64,000 nucleotides of DNA from the human T2T-CHM13v2.0 reference genome, Homo sapiens. The stretch is taken from contig CP068257.2 of the NCBI GenBank assembly GCA_009914755.4, positions 38,848,001-38,912,000 on the forward strand. The letters are read 5' to 3'. The notes beneath the pieces are model-generated. The model ran no database searches and was not told where the DNA came from. It saw only the letters and a program-made list of their open reading frames with translations. A program made the position numbers and the translations under genes. Shown here piece by piece: positions 43,471 through 58,957 of this stretch (positions are counted from its first letter, which is position 1; every line of letters begins with the position of its first letter).

Positions 43471-44747
43471 TTAGTAATAATTTGCTAAATGATTTCCTTT
43501 ATAATATTATGTATAATTTTTTTTATTTAACAAAACTATCCTGAGGAGAGTTCCATGGGCTCCATGAGTTTGCCAGAGAGCTCTACGGCACACAGCAGGT
43601 TAAGAACGTCTCATTTGCGACAGTGATGCTGACAATTAGAACCATAGCATTCCTTTAAGGAAATATCTGCTACAAAGTCACTTGCATATGTTCTCTTTAC
43701 TTCCTACTTCCCAACGTTACGCATTAAGAATATCTATTATGCTACTTTTACAGAAGAAGAAACCAGGGTTTGGAGAGTGATCTGCCAAAGGCCACACTGC
43801 TGATGGGTTGCAGGGCTAAATTCAAAGAGCGCTCCACCGACCTTGGAGCTGAGGCTCCCATGCTTCAAGTCTTCTTCGAGCATTGCCCTGTATTCACTCA
43901 CCGCCTGATATGCTTCGACCAAGAGGATATTAGTACCAGATGAGTATCAGCCTACACTGTTTATTCCCCCTCTTATGGATGCATCTGACCAGACTAGAAA
44001 TGTTATCTTTGAAAAACAAACTCTAGCTACCTCTGTCCCCAGCTTTCCTGCATTATCAGAGAAAACTTTATTAACATGCACTTATAACAAGACTAGCACA
44101 TGTTTCTCCCACCAACTGTTGTAGCTAGAATGAGCAAGTGAGCAGGTGGCAGTGCTATCAAGGAGCTGTCAGATGCCAACTTCACGCTGCACATCCGCTG
44201 ATTTTCAGTGGGTTACCTTACCTCAGGTAGCTACAAGAACTCTCAAACAAAAATACACTGAAGATCTGGAACACAAATCTTTAAGTCATTAACATTCGTC
44301 TCTTTAATTTCAGGGCTTACCCAGGGTCCTATTTTCTCTGGATTTCTCAAGCCACAAAGATTAAGATCTAGCTCTGATTTTCATGTATTTGTTTGATTTG
44401 GTTTTGGTTTTAGTTTTGGCTGGATAGTATCTTCACTGTGCAACTTGGAACCGTATTTGACCTGGTAATTCAGGTCTGAATTGGCACTGATTTACAGCCA
44501 CTGTGAATTGATGGTCATGGGTTATCATTGTAGTTGGTCATTTCTGCTAGTTCACTGACTAGTGGAACCTCTCTTCCAGGCTTTCATCAGAAAGATGCTA
44601 TTGGATATTTCAAAAGAGCACCAGAGCTCCCCAACAGTGGCTCATAAACGTTTCTGGTAGAACAAATCCATGGGACACAATATCTCACCGTGACTCACTG
44701 TTCTATCTGGCCAGCTCTAGAAATGAACAGTCTGAGGCTTAGAACAT

Positions 44748-44852
44748 TGAAGGAAAGGAAAGAGAAGAGAAGAGGAAAGAAGAGGGGAGGAGAAAAGAAG
44801 AGAAAAGAGGAAGAAAAGAGTGGGGCGAGGAGAGAGGAGGAAGAGGATTTGT
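44748..44852. repeat. Purine-rich (GA/GGAA)n tract
   Basis: 'gaaggaaaggaaagagaagagaagaggaaagaagaggggaggagaaaagaagagaaaagaggaagaaaagagtggggcgaggagagaggaggaagagga'. Confidence 0.9.
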
Positions 44853-47600
44853 TTATCACTCAATAACACCAAGTCTGTACCAGGGATGTTGGCCGACTCC
44901 TCAGCCAGGAGGGCATCAAGAATCAGGTCCCAGCAATGGTGATGGCCACGGGGCACACAGCTGTCCCTGCCTTCCCTGTTCTCCATGCCTTCTCTAAGTC
45001 TGAGTACTTCCTCCTGCCTCAGCCCTCCCTCGGGAGAACAGTCCACCTGTCACTGAGAACAGAATTCTCGATGTGGAATACTGTGGTTAGCGGGCATTAC
45101 ATTAAAATATACAGGATACAACAAGCTTTAACCTGTCAGCATGGCATGACACTCGTTTTAGAAAGCAAAATAAAAAAAGAAGAACAACAGAAAAACTACA
45201 TAGGCGATGCGAAAGGCTCAAATAATGCGTGACACAAGATGTTAACAGCTGTTTAAGACCCGAGCTGTGCAACTTCTGGGGCCGCTATCCATCCTGTGTT
45301 CCAATGGAACCTGGACTCCCCCTTGAATGGTTCAATACAGAGGACCTGATTATGGATCTCTGGGGGTGAAACTGCAAGTGCATTTTATTTATTTTCTCAG
45401 TAACTATTTGCAGTTTTAAGACTATCCAGTGGAAACATGCATTACTTTATTATCAGAAAAAAATCTTTTTATTTGTATTTATTCCCTTATTTGTATAGTA
45501 TACAGATAAGATATAGTAAGAGTTGACTGTCATACCAGCTCTCATGTCTGCCTCTGAGGCTGGAAATCAAGGGCTGTTTATATGGTTCTCTGGTGCTATG
45601 TTACTCAGAAGATTCAAAGGAAGACTGAGGCCACCACCAGGTGGAAGGTAAGAGCCTATCAATGACTTGGTTTTGTGGTACTGTGTCCCACCTCCTGGTT
45701 GCCCATTTTTCACAGGTAATTGGAAATAATGGGAAAGCCTTAAGACAACTTTGAGAATGAGTTAGAAAAATCAGTGGAAGTGGATTTAGCCTATCATCAC
45801 TCACACAGTACAGAGACTCAAACCGTGACAGGCAGCTGGGTTCAAAAACTGCCAGAGATTCAGCACAGTTTGAAAATGACAATTTTTTTGTTGTTGCAGT
45901 TTTACAAAGGAAAACAGGATAGAGTTATTTCCATGTAGTTGAGTATTGTTACATGCTAAAAGATTTCTTCCAGTTATTTTTAGCCAGTTTATTTGCTGTT
46001 TGATAAGAATAGGAAAGTTTAGTGAAAGTCTTATGATTCACAGCATTCTGAGAAAAAAAAAAAGTCTGGTAAATTCTAAGAAGAAGTCTACTAGTCAGAG
46101 CTTTCTCAGTCCCTTTACAACAGCTGGTGGCTTGCTTAAACTGTCTTATGGAATTTCAGACATATCTCTAAAAGGTAAATACTATAATGAATGTCCTACA
46201 CTTGATAAACATTTGGAGTGCCTTAATTTTCCCACCTGTTTACAGGGACTCTTACTAAGAGAACAGGCTGTTGCTAAGGTACAGGGTGGCTGTCAGAAAC
46301 TTCTAGCTTCAAATATGCCAATTAAATTACTCTTTGGGGAAGCTCGGCTCATCACGTAAAATCACTCGAGGAGTTACTCTATGATTGTGATATGCAGTGC
46401 TTCTCATTTAAAATCCCACTACACTCCCCATATCCAGTCCCTCTGTGTGTGGTGATAACAACATTCTTGACTTTTAACACTTCGCCAACAACTCTATTAA
46501 TCAAAGTGTGTGTCTACAGGAGACAAGCAAAGTAGCTGTATCTGACTCATTTTCATTCAAGAAAATGTTCAAAATGATGCAAAGAACCACACACACACAA
46601 AACAAGATATAAAGTCACTGCTGCAAAGTGAACCACGGATATGATACTCTTAAACTGACTTGTGCTTTTTTCCAGATTCTTAAAGATTTACTGAAGGAAC
46701 TTTTTTACTAACGCACTTCATGCTTGCATTTCAAAAATGTGTAACGCATTTTATAAGCTACTCTGTTAATCTCAAAGATGAATGAGCATCGGCTAGGCTT
46801 AGCTATCAACTGATCTGAAGCCCATGCACGAGGGGACAGTAATGACACTCATCCCACCTGATTTTGAGATAAGCAATAAAGAGTGAATATTCTAGCAAAT
46901 AAAATCTTCAATTTGAAAGGTTAGATGCCATTTCTCAGAATGTGCTACTGCCTGGGACGTCCATGATGAACATGAAAAATACCAGTGGGAGCCCCGGACT
47001 CACTGACTTCACGGAGGAAAAGTAAAACAAGCCAAGGTTGTTTTTACCACTTATTTGCTCCTTCTTGCTTCATTGGAAAAATCAAGTGGCTCAAACAAAA
47101 TCGGCTTAATTCAGATATAAAGTGCTTAAATGGTATTTGATAACCAGTGACCCCAGATTCAGGAGAGTTAGCAGCCCTTTCACATTTCCAACACCACACT
47201 GTCGAGTTTGTATATATGGCCAAAGAAAATGTGGATCTGTGATGAGGACTATGTGTCAAGATTATTTAAAGCAAAGAGCGAGTAACAGTCGTTAGGCTGC
47301 AGTAAGAGAATTCAGGAATCACTAGGTATATCCAGGAAGAAGCGTTTTTAAAACTGTTACATTGGAAACATCAGATTGGTGGTTATAAAGGGAAAAAGAT
47401 ATATTTTATCTTATTGTGTTACCAAAATATCAACTTTAAATATAATACAAAAAATATTGGTCTAGTGGTAATCAAAAGAGGAAAAAAATATTTTGCCCTA
47501 CTATTACTAAAACATAAATCACAAATACAAAGCATATTATCAGAGAAGTTACACTTTGATTGGAAAAAAACTTTCTATGTTAAAATAACAGCCACAACTT

Positions 47601-47927
<327 letters not shown>

Positions 47928-48111
47928 TCAACACCAGTAGCAGATTTCAGAAAATAGTCCTATGCATCATTAAAGCATATAGCTCTTCTATTTGTCTTAC
48001 GGGTAAAAAATACGGCATTTACAACTTTACATACACACTGCTGTATTTCTATAGCAGGCAAATCACGTACTCTAATGTCCATCTTACATTTGTGAATATA
48101 ACTTGCATCTA

Positions 48112-48420
<309 letters not shown>

Positions 48421-49189
48421 TTACATTCACAGGAGACTGTTGGAGCTGCCCTCTGGACAGCCTATCACAGAGCAGCTTTCTCTGTACCCCCTCGCCCCTC
48501 CACTCCTGCATACAGACCCTTTTCCTGAACTGCTCTCCTAGAGCACCAATCCCTGGACCTTTGTAACCAAAACCCACCGGTATTTGCTAAATGTACCTGT
48601 GGAAAAATGGGTACAGTTGAGTCACTTTTATTTTCCTAAGTGGAGCCACCCTACATGGAGAGAGTATGTTTAATCTGGTTGTAGAGAAGGGGATGGAGTA
48701 TGGACGCAGTGTGGGTCCCAGCAGATTCCATTCTAGGAATTTCAACACTGATTTATTTAATTTCTGACTCACACTGTCAGGCAGGGAAGAAACCATGAAC
48801 TGTGAGTATTTACCATTCTGAGTCACTTCTATTTGCGAAAGCAAATCACCATTGCTTTTGTAACTTTTAGAAAAGAAATAAATCAATAATGAAATTACTA
48901 AAATGGAATATGCTGACAGCCACACTGCACCCACACTTTAAATGGGAATCAATATGCTATTTATAAATCAAAAAGAGAAGGGAAAAGATCTCAAAAGTCT
49001 GTTTTTGGATTATTAGAATAACTCTATTATGTATTTCAAATGCAAATTGTAATGGTAAAAAGATCCCAAGCATAGGTTAATTGAAATCAAATTAAAAATG
49101 TTAACTAAACAGTTTGGCATTTAAATATGGAGACAAACAACATTTTAAAATTAGTATTGCTGTTGTTGTTATCATCATTATTATTATTT

Positions 49190-49335
49190 AAAGATAGAGT
49201 CTTGCCCTGTCGACCAGACTGGAATGCAGCGGTGCAGTCATCGCTCTCAGTAGCCTCAAACTCCTGGGCTCAAGGGAACCACCTACCTCAGCCTCTTGAG
49301 TCACTCAGACCACAGGTGCAAACCACCACACCCGG

Positions 49336-49418
<83 letters not shown>

Positions 49419-49538
49419 TTATAGAGACAAGGTCTCTTTATGTTGCCCAGGCTGGTCTCAAACTTCTGGCCTCAAGTAATCCTCCTGCCTAGCCTCCCAA
49501 AGTGCTGGGATTACAGGCATGAGCCATTGTGTCCAGCC
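49190..49538 (-). mobile_element. Alu SINE with expanded internal (AT)23 + T30 tract at the mid A-rich linker
   Basis: Right-arm reverse complement 'gatagagtcttgccctgtcgaccagactggaatgcagcggtgcagtcatcgctctcagtagcctcaaactcctgggctcaagg...caccacacccggc', then (AT)n 49338-49384 and T-run 49385-49415, then left-arm reverse complement '...ccaaagtgctgggattacaggcatgagccattgtgtccagcc'. Confidence 0.85.
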
Positions 49539-50444
49539 AGAAAAACAACATTTTGACAAAAGGAATGATGGCAAAATGCTACATTTCTAAGGTAAAATTT
49601 TGGTTATTAAAAATTTTAAATTTGGTAAAATGGCCTGAACATGGATGAGCTCCCTAATACCTAAAACACAAAGTTATTGTTGTTTCCTCTTTGTACAAAA
49701 TTGCAACTTGTGCAGTTGGTTTTTTTCTCTAAAATTCTGCATATTTTTGGAAGTTGATGTCAGTCCGTGAGTGTCACTTGTTACACAGGCAAGGGAAGAA
49801 CTTTCATCAGGCCCTCAGTTTCCAAGAGCACAGTCATTTGCAGCCATAAATTCCAAGAAAATAAAACAAAGTAGAATTCAAAAGGAGTTCAGGCAGTGAA
49901 TCCTAATGCCCAAGATGTCAAACCTCTCTAATCTTTCCTACTCGTATATTGATTAGCAAAGGGTCTTTTTCCAAGACCCTTTTCTTTTACACTGGAGAAA
50001 TAACGGCTAGATCCTTGCCAAGTGGCCAAAGGAGATTTGATTTTCTATTTTTCACTGGGAGGAGGTGAGGGGATGACAGCTCCCCATTGTTCCTCTCACT
50101 CAGAGCCTGGGGCCTGAGCCTGGTTTTCCAAAAGGCCTGTACAGTACTTTCACCCCACTGGCAAATGCCAATATGCAGTGGGTTCAGAATGATGAGGAAA
50201 ACCAGACACAGACATGGACCCAGTCAATAAGCAGCATTTCACACACAGTGACCACTAGCTAGTAAAATTTCTATGAAAGAACTCATATGTAATCACATTA
50301 AAAAACAGGAACGAGGCCCAAGCACAATGCCATCCTACTCTGTGAAGTTATAAAAATTTTATACATGCATTCTGAAACCAAACAAAACTAGAACAGAAAG
50401 CAAACTTTATTACACATGCTTTGATCTTTCTCTAAAAGAATCTA

Positions 50445-50738
50445 GGCTGGGTGAGGTGGCTCATGGCTATAATCCCAGCATTTTGGGAGGCCGAGGCAGG
50501 CGGATCACGAGTTCAAGAGATGGAGATCATCCTGGCTAACACAGTGAAACCCCGTCTCTACTAAATATACAAAAAATTAGCCAGGCGTGGTGGCACACAA
50601 CTGTAGTCCCAGCTACTCAGGAGGCTGAGGCAGGAGAATCACTTGAACCCAGGAGGCACAGGTTTGCAGTCAGCTGAGATCGCCCCACTGCACTCCAGCC
50701 TGGTGACAGAGCGAGACTCCATCTCATAAAAAAAGAAT
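50445..50738 (+). mobile_element. Alu SINE (AluS-like) with TSD
   Basis: 'ggctgggtgaggtggctcatggctataatcccagcattttgggaggccgaggcaggcggatcacgagttcaagagatggagatcatcctggctaacacagtgaaaccccgtctctac...'; TSD 'aaaagaatcta'. Confidence 0.9.
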
Positions 50739-52311
50739 CTAAAATTGTCCCCCCCCAAAGCACTCTAAAATAAATAACAAAGAAAGCACTATAAAATCAC
50801 TAATGAGTATAGCCAGGTCCAATATAGAAATAAACACTATATAGGCTAGGCTTCTAAAAAAAAGACTATGAAATTGAAGGGAAAATTTATTAATTCAACA
50901 GAGATAGCATTTTTATGAGGAATTTTCTAGTGGCATTTTAGATATGACTGGTTGTTACATTGTAATAAGTCCACCTTTTAGGAATTAATATACATCAATT
51001 TTTAAATAATAAGTTGCTCAAAATGTTAGTATTGTTGACCAAAATTAAGACTGTTGAGGTTTGATAATGGTTTGATAAACATTTGTTCGAAATCAAACGT
51101 GACGATTGACAAAGGTTTATTGAAAACTAAATGTGAAGATTGACTCAGGAAGTCAACAGAAGTTGGGTGTGTTCCAGAGTCAGCTAGGAGTTGGAAGGCC
51201 TCTATAAGAAAGTTTAGAAGGAAGAGAACTCCTCACACCAGAGCTGTCCTTTTTCATTGGAGGGTACATTACAGAAGTTACAATCATTGGCTACAGATGG
51301 CAACATACAGGTTAAAGTGTCCATGTGCAAGACCATCAGCCAGACTTTCTTCCCATTCTGAAACAAATCAGGATCCTTTTCAGTGTCTGTAAGTTACATA
51401 GTAAACAGTATGCCAACAATTGGAGAACTCCTGATAAGACCCTACCCAGGGACCGCATGTTGCCATGAATCACAAGACTTCTGCCAGATGGGTTAATTTG
51501 GAAGCCTGCCAGATCTGACCCATAGGTTATCAGTATTGTGCTTATTTACGTATTAGAATAAAAGCAAGAAATTTATGTTTGAGAAAATCATGTCATGTTT
51601 CTTTTATAGTTTAAAAATTCTACAAAATTCCTGACCTTTAAAAAATGTATCAGACTTGTTTTTGCACTGTTCACATATGTGTTAATAATAAAGGTTGGAT
51701 TTATTTGGGAGAATAATAAAATTATATTCATTTGTTTAATTCTCTTCATGGTATGTTGCTTTATAGTTCATAAAATGCTTTCACATTTTCTCAGTTACTT
51801 TTGAGAAAAGAGGAAAGCAGAACAGATATGATACTATCCTTATTTTATAGATAAAGAAATAGGAATTTTGCCACAGCCCTCAAGTTAACAGGGCTGATAA
51901 AAAGTGACATTAAAAATATATTCACATATAGATAAAATTTTAAATACAAGAAATTCAGCTTAATGTAAGTTATTACATTAATTTCTTGATTAGAGTATCC
52001 ATGTCACAGCTCTTATTGAAAACAAATGTCATAAATTTAGCATATGTTACTTAATAACAAAAATATTCAAAATGAATGTGATTGTGGTTAACTTTATCAT
52101 TTCTCCAAAGAAAAGGTTTCCTTGACTACAAACATGGAAAAGATGAAACTAGAATCACTAATGTTGTTTTCAGTTCTAATATTCATGAGTCTACAAATTT
52201 TATAATTCTTTATAGAGTAAAGTTACAACCCTGCACTTCCAGTAAAACACTCTCTTTGCACCTCTGCCTATACATAAGTCACTCTTTCACCAACCTACAA
52301 AAAGTATTCTC

Positions 52312-52780
<469 letters not shown>

Positions 52781-53489
52781 TCAGCGATTACACATAAGAA
52801 GAAATTCCCTTGCCCATCTTATCCTGAGTGAACCTTGTTCTTTCTTACAAAACTGAGTCTATTTTCTTTCATATCTGTTATTCCACAAACACTGACTTCA
52901 CACCTACTCTGGGAAGTCACCCCACTGCACACTGGGGATACAACAGCAAGGACAGAGGTAGGTTTACTCTCCTACTAAATCTTATCTCTATTACTTCACG
53001 TCATTGGAAATTATGGGTATCTTGTGATGTTCTGGACTCTAAAATGTCAGAGACATGTGAATGAAGGAGCGAAACGTGGTGATCCTCAAAGCCTGTAGGA
53101 GAAGTGGGAGAGGAGAGAGTGGGAGGCTGTCTTCACGTTTGCGGCATTGTTCTGTCTCCATCTATTGCCAAGGGCCAGTAGAGGTCAGAATATTCTTAGC
53201 AGATTATTGACTTCTGATTATTTGATTAATCAATGATAGAAACTGTTGTCCATTTGTCGATTTGTACCGTTGCTCAGTGAAGTTATCATAGTAAAGTTAT
53301 AGTACTGTATAGTTATGCGCCATAAGAGTAACAGTGCTCTGACCTCCCTCGTTCACACCTGGGCAAGGCCTCCCCCGAGACCCATTAACGGCACAACTGC
53401 GTCCCTAGTGGCCATTCCCAGAACTGCAGGGGAGGGAAGGGACCATAGAAAATTCTCAGCTTCGACGCTTGCCCATTTCCTCCACTAAT

Positions 53490-53777
<288 letters not shown>

Positions 53778-53962
53778 TTACATCGACTGCATAGAAAGAG
53801 GAGAGAACATAACCTACCTACCCCGTACATACTTCAGCCCAGGTCCTGTGCCTCATCTGTAATATGAATGAAGAGACATGGAGAACAGAAAAGAAAAAAA
53901 GAAAGGAAAATCTATCTTGGGAACAACAACAACAAAATCTAAGAACACAACTATGCATATAT

Positions 53963-54390
53963 GTCTTAGTCTGTTTGGTGCTGCTGTAAGGGAATACATG
54001 AGGCTGGATAATTTACAAAGAAAAGATTGATTTGGCTTATGGTTCTGTAGGTTGTACAAGAAGCATGGCACCAACATCTGCTTCTGGTGAGTGCCTCAGG
54101 GAGCTTCAAATCATGGTGGAAGGTGAAAAGGGAGCAGGTGGGTCACCCAACCAGAGAAGGAGCAAGAGTGATGGCAGGAAGTGTCAGGCTCTCTTAAATA
54201 GCCAGCTCTTGCATAAACTAGTAGAAAAAGAACTCGCTCATTATCACAGGGACGGCACCAAGCTATACATGAGGAATCTTTCCCCATGACCCAAACACCT
54301 TCCACTATGCCCCACCTTCAACATTAGGGGCCAAATTTCAATATGAGATTTGTAGGGACAAATATCCAAACTATGTCAACATGGTGTTGA
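53963..54390 (-). mobile_element. MaLR LTR (MST/MLT-like), older
   Basis: 'gtcttagtctgtttggtgctgctgtaagggaatacatgaggctggataatttacaaagaaaag...ggaggtgaaaagggagcaggtgggtcacc...caatatgagatttgtagggacaaatatccaaactatgtca' parallels MaLR LTR structure in reverse orientation. Confidence 0.5.
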
Positions 54391-54458
54391 ATGAATGGAC
54401 AGAATAAAAGCAAAATAACATATTAGAGAGAGAATTTAAAAATAAAAAAACTGTATGT

Positions 54459-54480
54459 AACAACAACAACAACAACAAAA
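54459..54480. repeat. (CAA)n microsatellite
   Basis: 'aacaacaacaacaacaacaaaaacaag'. Confidence 0.9.
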
Positions 54481-57469
54481 ACAAGTGAAGTCAAAAATAG
54501 TCAAAATACCCTCCAGGCACCAGATCACAGATTGGGACAGAAAACAGAAAGGCACTTCATTAATTTTCAAGGCTTTGCACTCAAAACTGCTACATAAGCA
54601 ATGCAGTGACAGATTGCATACAGAATTCATAAGGAACCTCCAAGGCCATTTGTGTGATCAGGACAGACAACCTGGGCATGAACTTGAAGGCACACATTTT
54701 TCGTCAAAAATGTGCCAAAATGAAAGCAACCTCCCAAAACAATTTAAGAGAAACAGTGGCAAGTGCAAAGAAAACTGGACAGGTATGGTGAACCCTACTC
54801 CTTATTCCCAAAGAAGTATAGGAAAGCTGTTGCAGAGCCCTGCATGCTCAATTTACAATTCCTGGATCAACGTTTTTCCACCCTGTTTTCACTGAGCCAG
54901 GGAGCCATCCAATGCTTCATCATCCCAGGGAAAATGAACAAGGCCATCTTATTAATTGGACTACATCACCCTTTTTCCTCTTAAAACAGGGCTCACTGTT
55001 AGAAACTCACACTGGATTAGCGAGAAAATGCTCCAGGCTTCAACTTAGCACATCAGAAAGTCAGAGCTTAACTCCTAATTTAAAATAAACCCTGTATTTT
55101 TGGTTGTTTTCCTTTTTGACATTGCATAAAATGGATTATGCAATAAATAGCAGACAGACTATTCACGTTGCACCAGTGCATATTCTAATGTTCTGCAGCA
55201 ACATCTAATGGTGTAAATAAGATGAAAAAACTAACGATCCTTTATGAAAGATTTTTTTTCTTTATGGGGCATAATAGCATGCACAAATGGACCCTGCAGA
55301 ACAATTTGCTTTCATTCCTTATTTTCGCTCTTATACTAGTAAATGTGGGATAAATGTATAATGTCTGTTAAACATTCATAATTATTAAACCATCAACGGA
55401 GCTTATCAAATCCCACATATTCCTCTCCAATGAGCTCTTTAAAGGGAACAACTTTGATTTAGAGTATAAAGATGTGGAATGGGTCAGCTGATCATTCTGG
55501 CCCCAAACTGCGGCAAGGGTGTTGTCTTGGAAGGAAAAGGAAAAGCTAAACTAATGCAGCCTATAGCTTGTGACGAAAGGACATTTTTCAAATTTTCAGA
55601 AGCGAAGTTAAGAAAAGATTACTTAGAAACTGGCACTGCTTAAAAATATTGGTACATCAGTAAAGGCTACTTCTTATTTCAGAATATTAGTAGGGTAATT
55701 CCTACTATAATCTGAAAACTAAAGAAGTATACATTTACAAGTGTTGACGTTCCAGATTTTCAAAAAGACTGCGAATTCATTTAAGAAAAAATAAAAATAA
55801 CTTTTGCACACTGCTCCTTTTCCTTGAAAAAGAGTTTTTGCCTAAAGCTATAGACTACATTAACTTATTGTTTTGAAAAAAATATATAAACGAAGGAACA
55901 GTTATACGAATAGTACAGTAACTGTAGCATACCTTCCACTTCCACTCACCACTTGATAACAAGTTGCCTCATTTTCTCCACTGCTTTCCCTTTCTCTCAT
56001 TCTAATGAAAACACTTATTGTTACTGCTGAACAATTGGAGAGTAAACTGCATACATGATGTCTCTTTCTCCCCAAAGGTTTCAACATTATCTTCTGAGAA
56101 CAAGGACAGTCTTTTATACAACCACGGAACGGTGATCAATTTCAGAAAAAAATTAAAATTTAACTGTGATGGTCTTTGATTTTAAGAACTTAGAGGAGTG
56201 TTGTAAAACTCCAATTGAAGGTAAAAATACTCTTAAAAATTGCAGTCTTTTCTGACTCCTCACTCAAAACAAAGTAAAAGCCTCATGAGGGCAAAGATTC
56301 AACTTTATTCCCGGGTGCACAAGCCCTCCCAGGAGAGCTTCACACTCAGCGCACTCGTAGGCAATGTTAACTGATTTCAAAAATTATTCTTCAAACAATA
56401 TTTAATTATTATGAAGTATCTCATGTGTCTAGTATAATACATGAAATCATTCTTGACTATGTTTAACGTCAAGAAGGTTGTTATGACCCACATTCTTGGG
56501 AACATGATATACTTTTTAAAGGACTCTACAAAACTTTCTTTTTTTTTCATAGATAACCCTCAAAGATTCACCTAACTCTTGACTAATTTTGAAATATGTT
56601 CTGCATGTGTGCCACTAATTTGGATTTTAACATCCAGTGGTAGCGTCTAATGATAAGGTAGTTCACATTTCAGACTGATTAAAGGATCATTTAATAATTT
56701 TATTCTTTTATCTCCCCCACCATACACACACACACACACAAATCTTTCAAAAGAAAACCAAGCACTCTCTCCAAACTGACCTCTATTAAAATTAATTTTT
56801 TTAATAACTGCTTGGTTTTATCACTACTTCCCCAAATGCTAATTAATTCTAACTCTAAACTATGTAATTATAATACTTCTGCTGAAATACAAATTATCTG
56901 GTGCCCCTGGGGTGAACAAGTAAGAATGTATTTCATGTTCCATTCAACAGAGGAAATGCGATGTTTCTCAGACCATGGAAACAATGTAGCAGCCTCCCTG
57001 GCTCCCCTCCCCCAAAACACTGGCAGTTCCTGTTTCTTCCTCTTTAGCAGGAAGACAGGAACAGAGTTGACAGTTGGCATCCAGTCAGTTTAATGCCTCT
57101 CTCCATGGGGCTGTGAGGAACGGTGGCATGCCCAGTTATTTTTGGCCAGGCACGGCAACACACAGAGCCTTGAGGAGCCTTCATTTAGGCAGTGGCGGCC
57201 AATGTACCTGCAGAATGTGAATTGACGTTGCCATGGAAATAGAACAACTCTTCCCGGTTCTGTCAAAATGCATCTCTATCTGCGACTAGGCAGAGGTCAG
57301 GAAGGAGAGAAACACAAGTGCCAGGGAGAACATTCGAGAAGGGAAGGACTCTGCAGTGCCCCAGTGTGGGAGAAATTTGATGGGCTTTTTCTGATAACAT
57401 TCATATACACTATTGTGTTTCAAATCTGGATCTTGTTTATTCATTAGACAGTAGCAAATCCGGATACAC

Positions 57470-57490
57470 ACACATGCGCACACACACACC

Positions 57491-57521
<31 letters not shown>

Positions 57522-58005
57522 TATACCTTATATATTTATATATACATATTCACCTTACTCTCTGTAAATATACATATATTATATATATACATATATATAC
57601 ACCATATATATACCTTACATACTAACATATGTATATATATATATACCTTATATACTCTGTGTATATATATACATATGTTACATATATATGCACTCACATA
57701 TATACCCCCACACATACCTTATGTGTATATATATATACCTTATATATTTACATATAAATACAAATGTACCTATTCACCTCATATACGCTCTCTCTGCATA
57801 TACATATATATGCACACATATATATGCATCCACACACACACCTTATGTGTGTATATATATACCTTATATATTTATATTTGTGTATTTATATATTTATATA
57901 TAAATGCAAATGTACATATTCACCTTATATACTCTCTCTGTATATACATATATATATACACACACACATATACCCACATACACACATCTATACACACACA
58001 CAAGC

Positions 58006-58047
<42 letters not shown>

Positions 58048-58065
58048 CATATTTTCTTCTGGGAC
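57470..58065. repeat. Complex (CA)n/(TA)n/(TATACA)n block, about 600 bp, with an embedded higher-order repeat of roughly 120-210 bp
   Basis: The motif 'accttatatatttatatat(a/t)...caaatgtac.tattcacct.atatac.ctctctctg.atatacatatatat' recurs at about 57527, about 57738 and about 57861; the block ends in (CA)27 at about 57990-58045. Confidence 0.9.
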
Positions 58066-58957
58066 CCAAAGCCAGCCTTTGCAGCCTACCATATAACATT
58101 GTTAGGGTCTCATTTTTCTCAGTTTTCACACAAGGTTGACTCAGGTAATCTCTAAGCCCTCCTTTTCTAATATGTCTATGATGCCATTTAACATTCTGTT
58201 TTCAGTCTTAATGTGCATTTAGCCCATTCTACCTGGAACTTCAACAAAACCATGAAAACAGGACAGTGCATGTCATAAGAACACATAAATAGGAGCTGTG
58301 TAAAAAACCAAAGTGCTTCCTCTCTGATCCCCTCTTTGGAATGTAGTTCTGGGGTGCTGCTGTGGGCACTGAGACCTGCAGCTGTCCCTAGGCTTAACTC
58401 TTGAGGTGGCAGGAGGAAAGTGACAGTGCTGTGTCCCTGGCAGACTCTCATTACTGGAAATTTGTTGCTGCTGCCTGTTCCTGAGTTCAGCCTGGGTCCA
58501 GCCCAGTGCTCTCATTTTTCATCACCTGTTTGGCCCTGCACATGGCTCTGAGTATGAGCTTTAGCCCAAATGCCAACCTCTGGGTCCCATGCTTTTCTGG
58601 CCTCTGCAGACTCTTGGTTCACAGAGACATGGGTGCTTCATGCAGAGGGTGGGCACACCTTGGGTCCAGGGACACAGGGGACCAAGGAGGGCACATAGAA
58701 CCTCCATGATGGGTATTAGTGAACCTCGATACTGAGTATTCCTAAACACAGAGTGAATAGCCGATATTCCAATTCAATAGGAATCTGTGTGTGCATTCCA
58801 ATGGACCCTTGAGTTCTGACCATTTGCAAGAGACCCTGAAGGCCTGAGATGCGTCCTGTCTTGCTGGGTGAGGCACAAGCCCAGTCATCTGCTGACATGT
58901 GGCAGCCAGTCTGTCAAAGAGCCTCGCAGACCATCTGCACATATTTTCAATGCAGTT

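Noticed and set aside
45946-46359. 137-aa ORF in non-repeat sequence (plus strand)
   Set aside because: It is AT-rich with a biased composition (K/L/S/I-rich). It shows no recognisable domain, no splice-site framing and no CpG or GC signature. At this AT content an ORF of this length is expected by chance. It is kept only as a BLASTP check if desired.
57474-58139. Longest six-frame ORF in the window (221 aa, plus strand), along with overlapping ORFs at 57688-58155
   Set aside because: It lies entirely within the TA/CA/TATACA low-complexity block. The 'protein' is poly-Y/I/T/H and is a translation artefact of the simple repeat.
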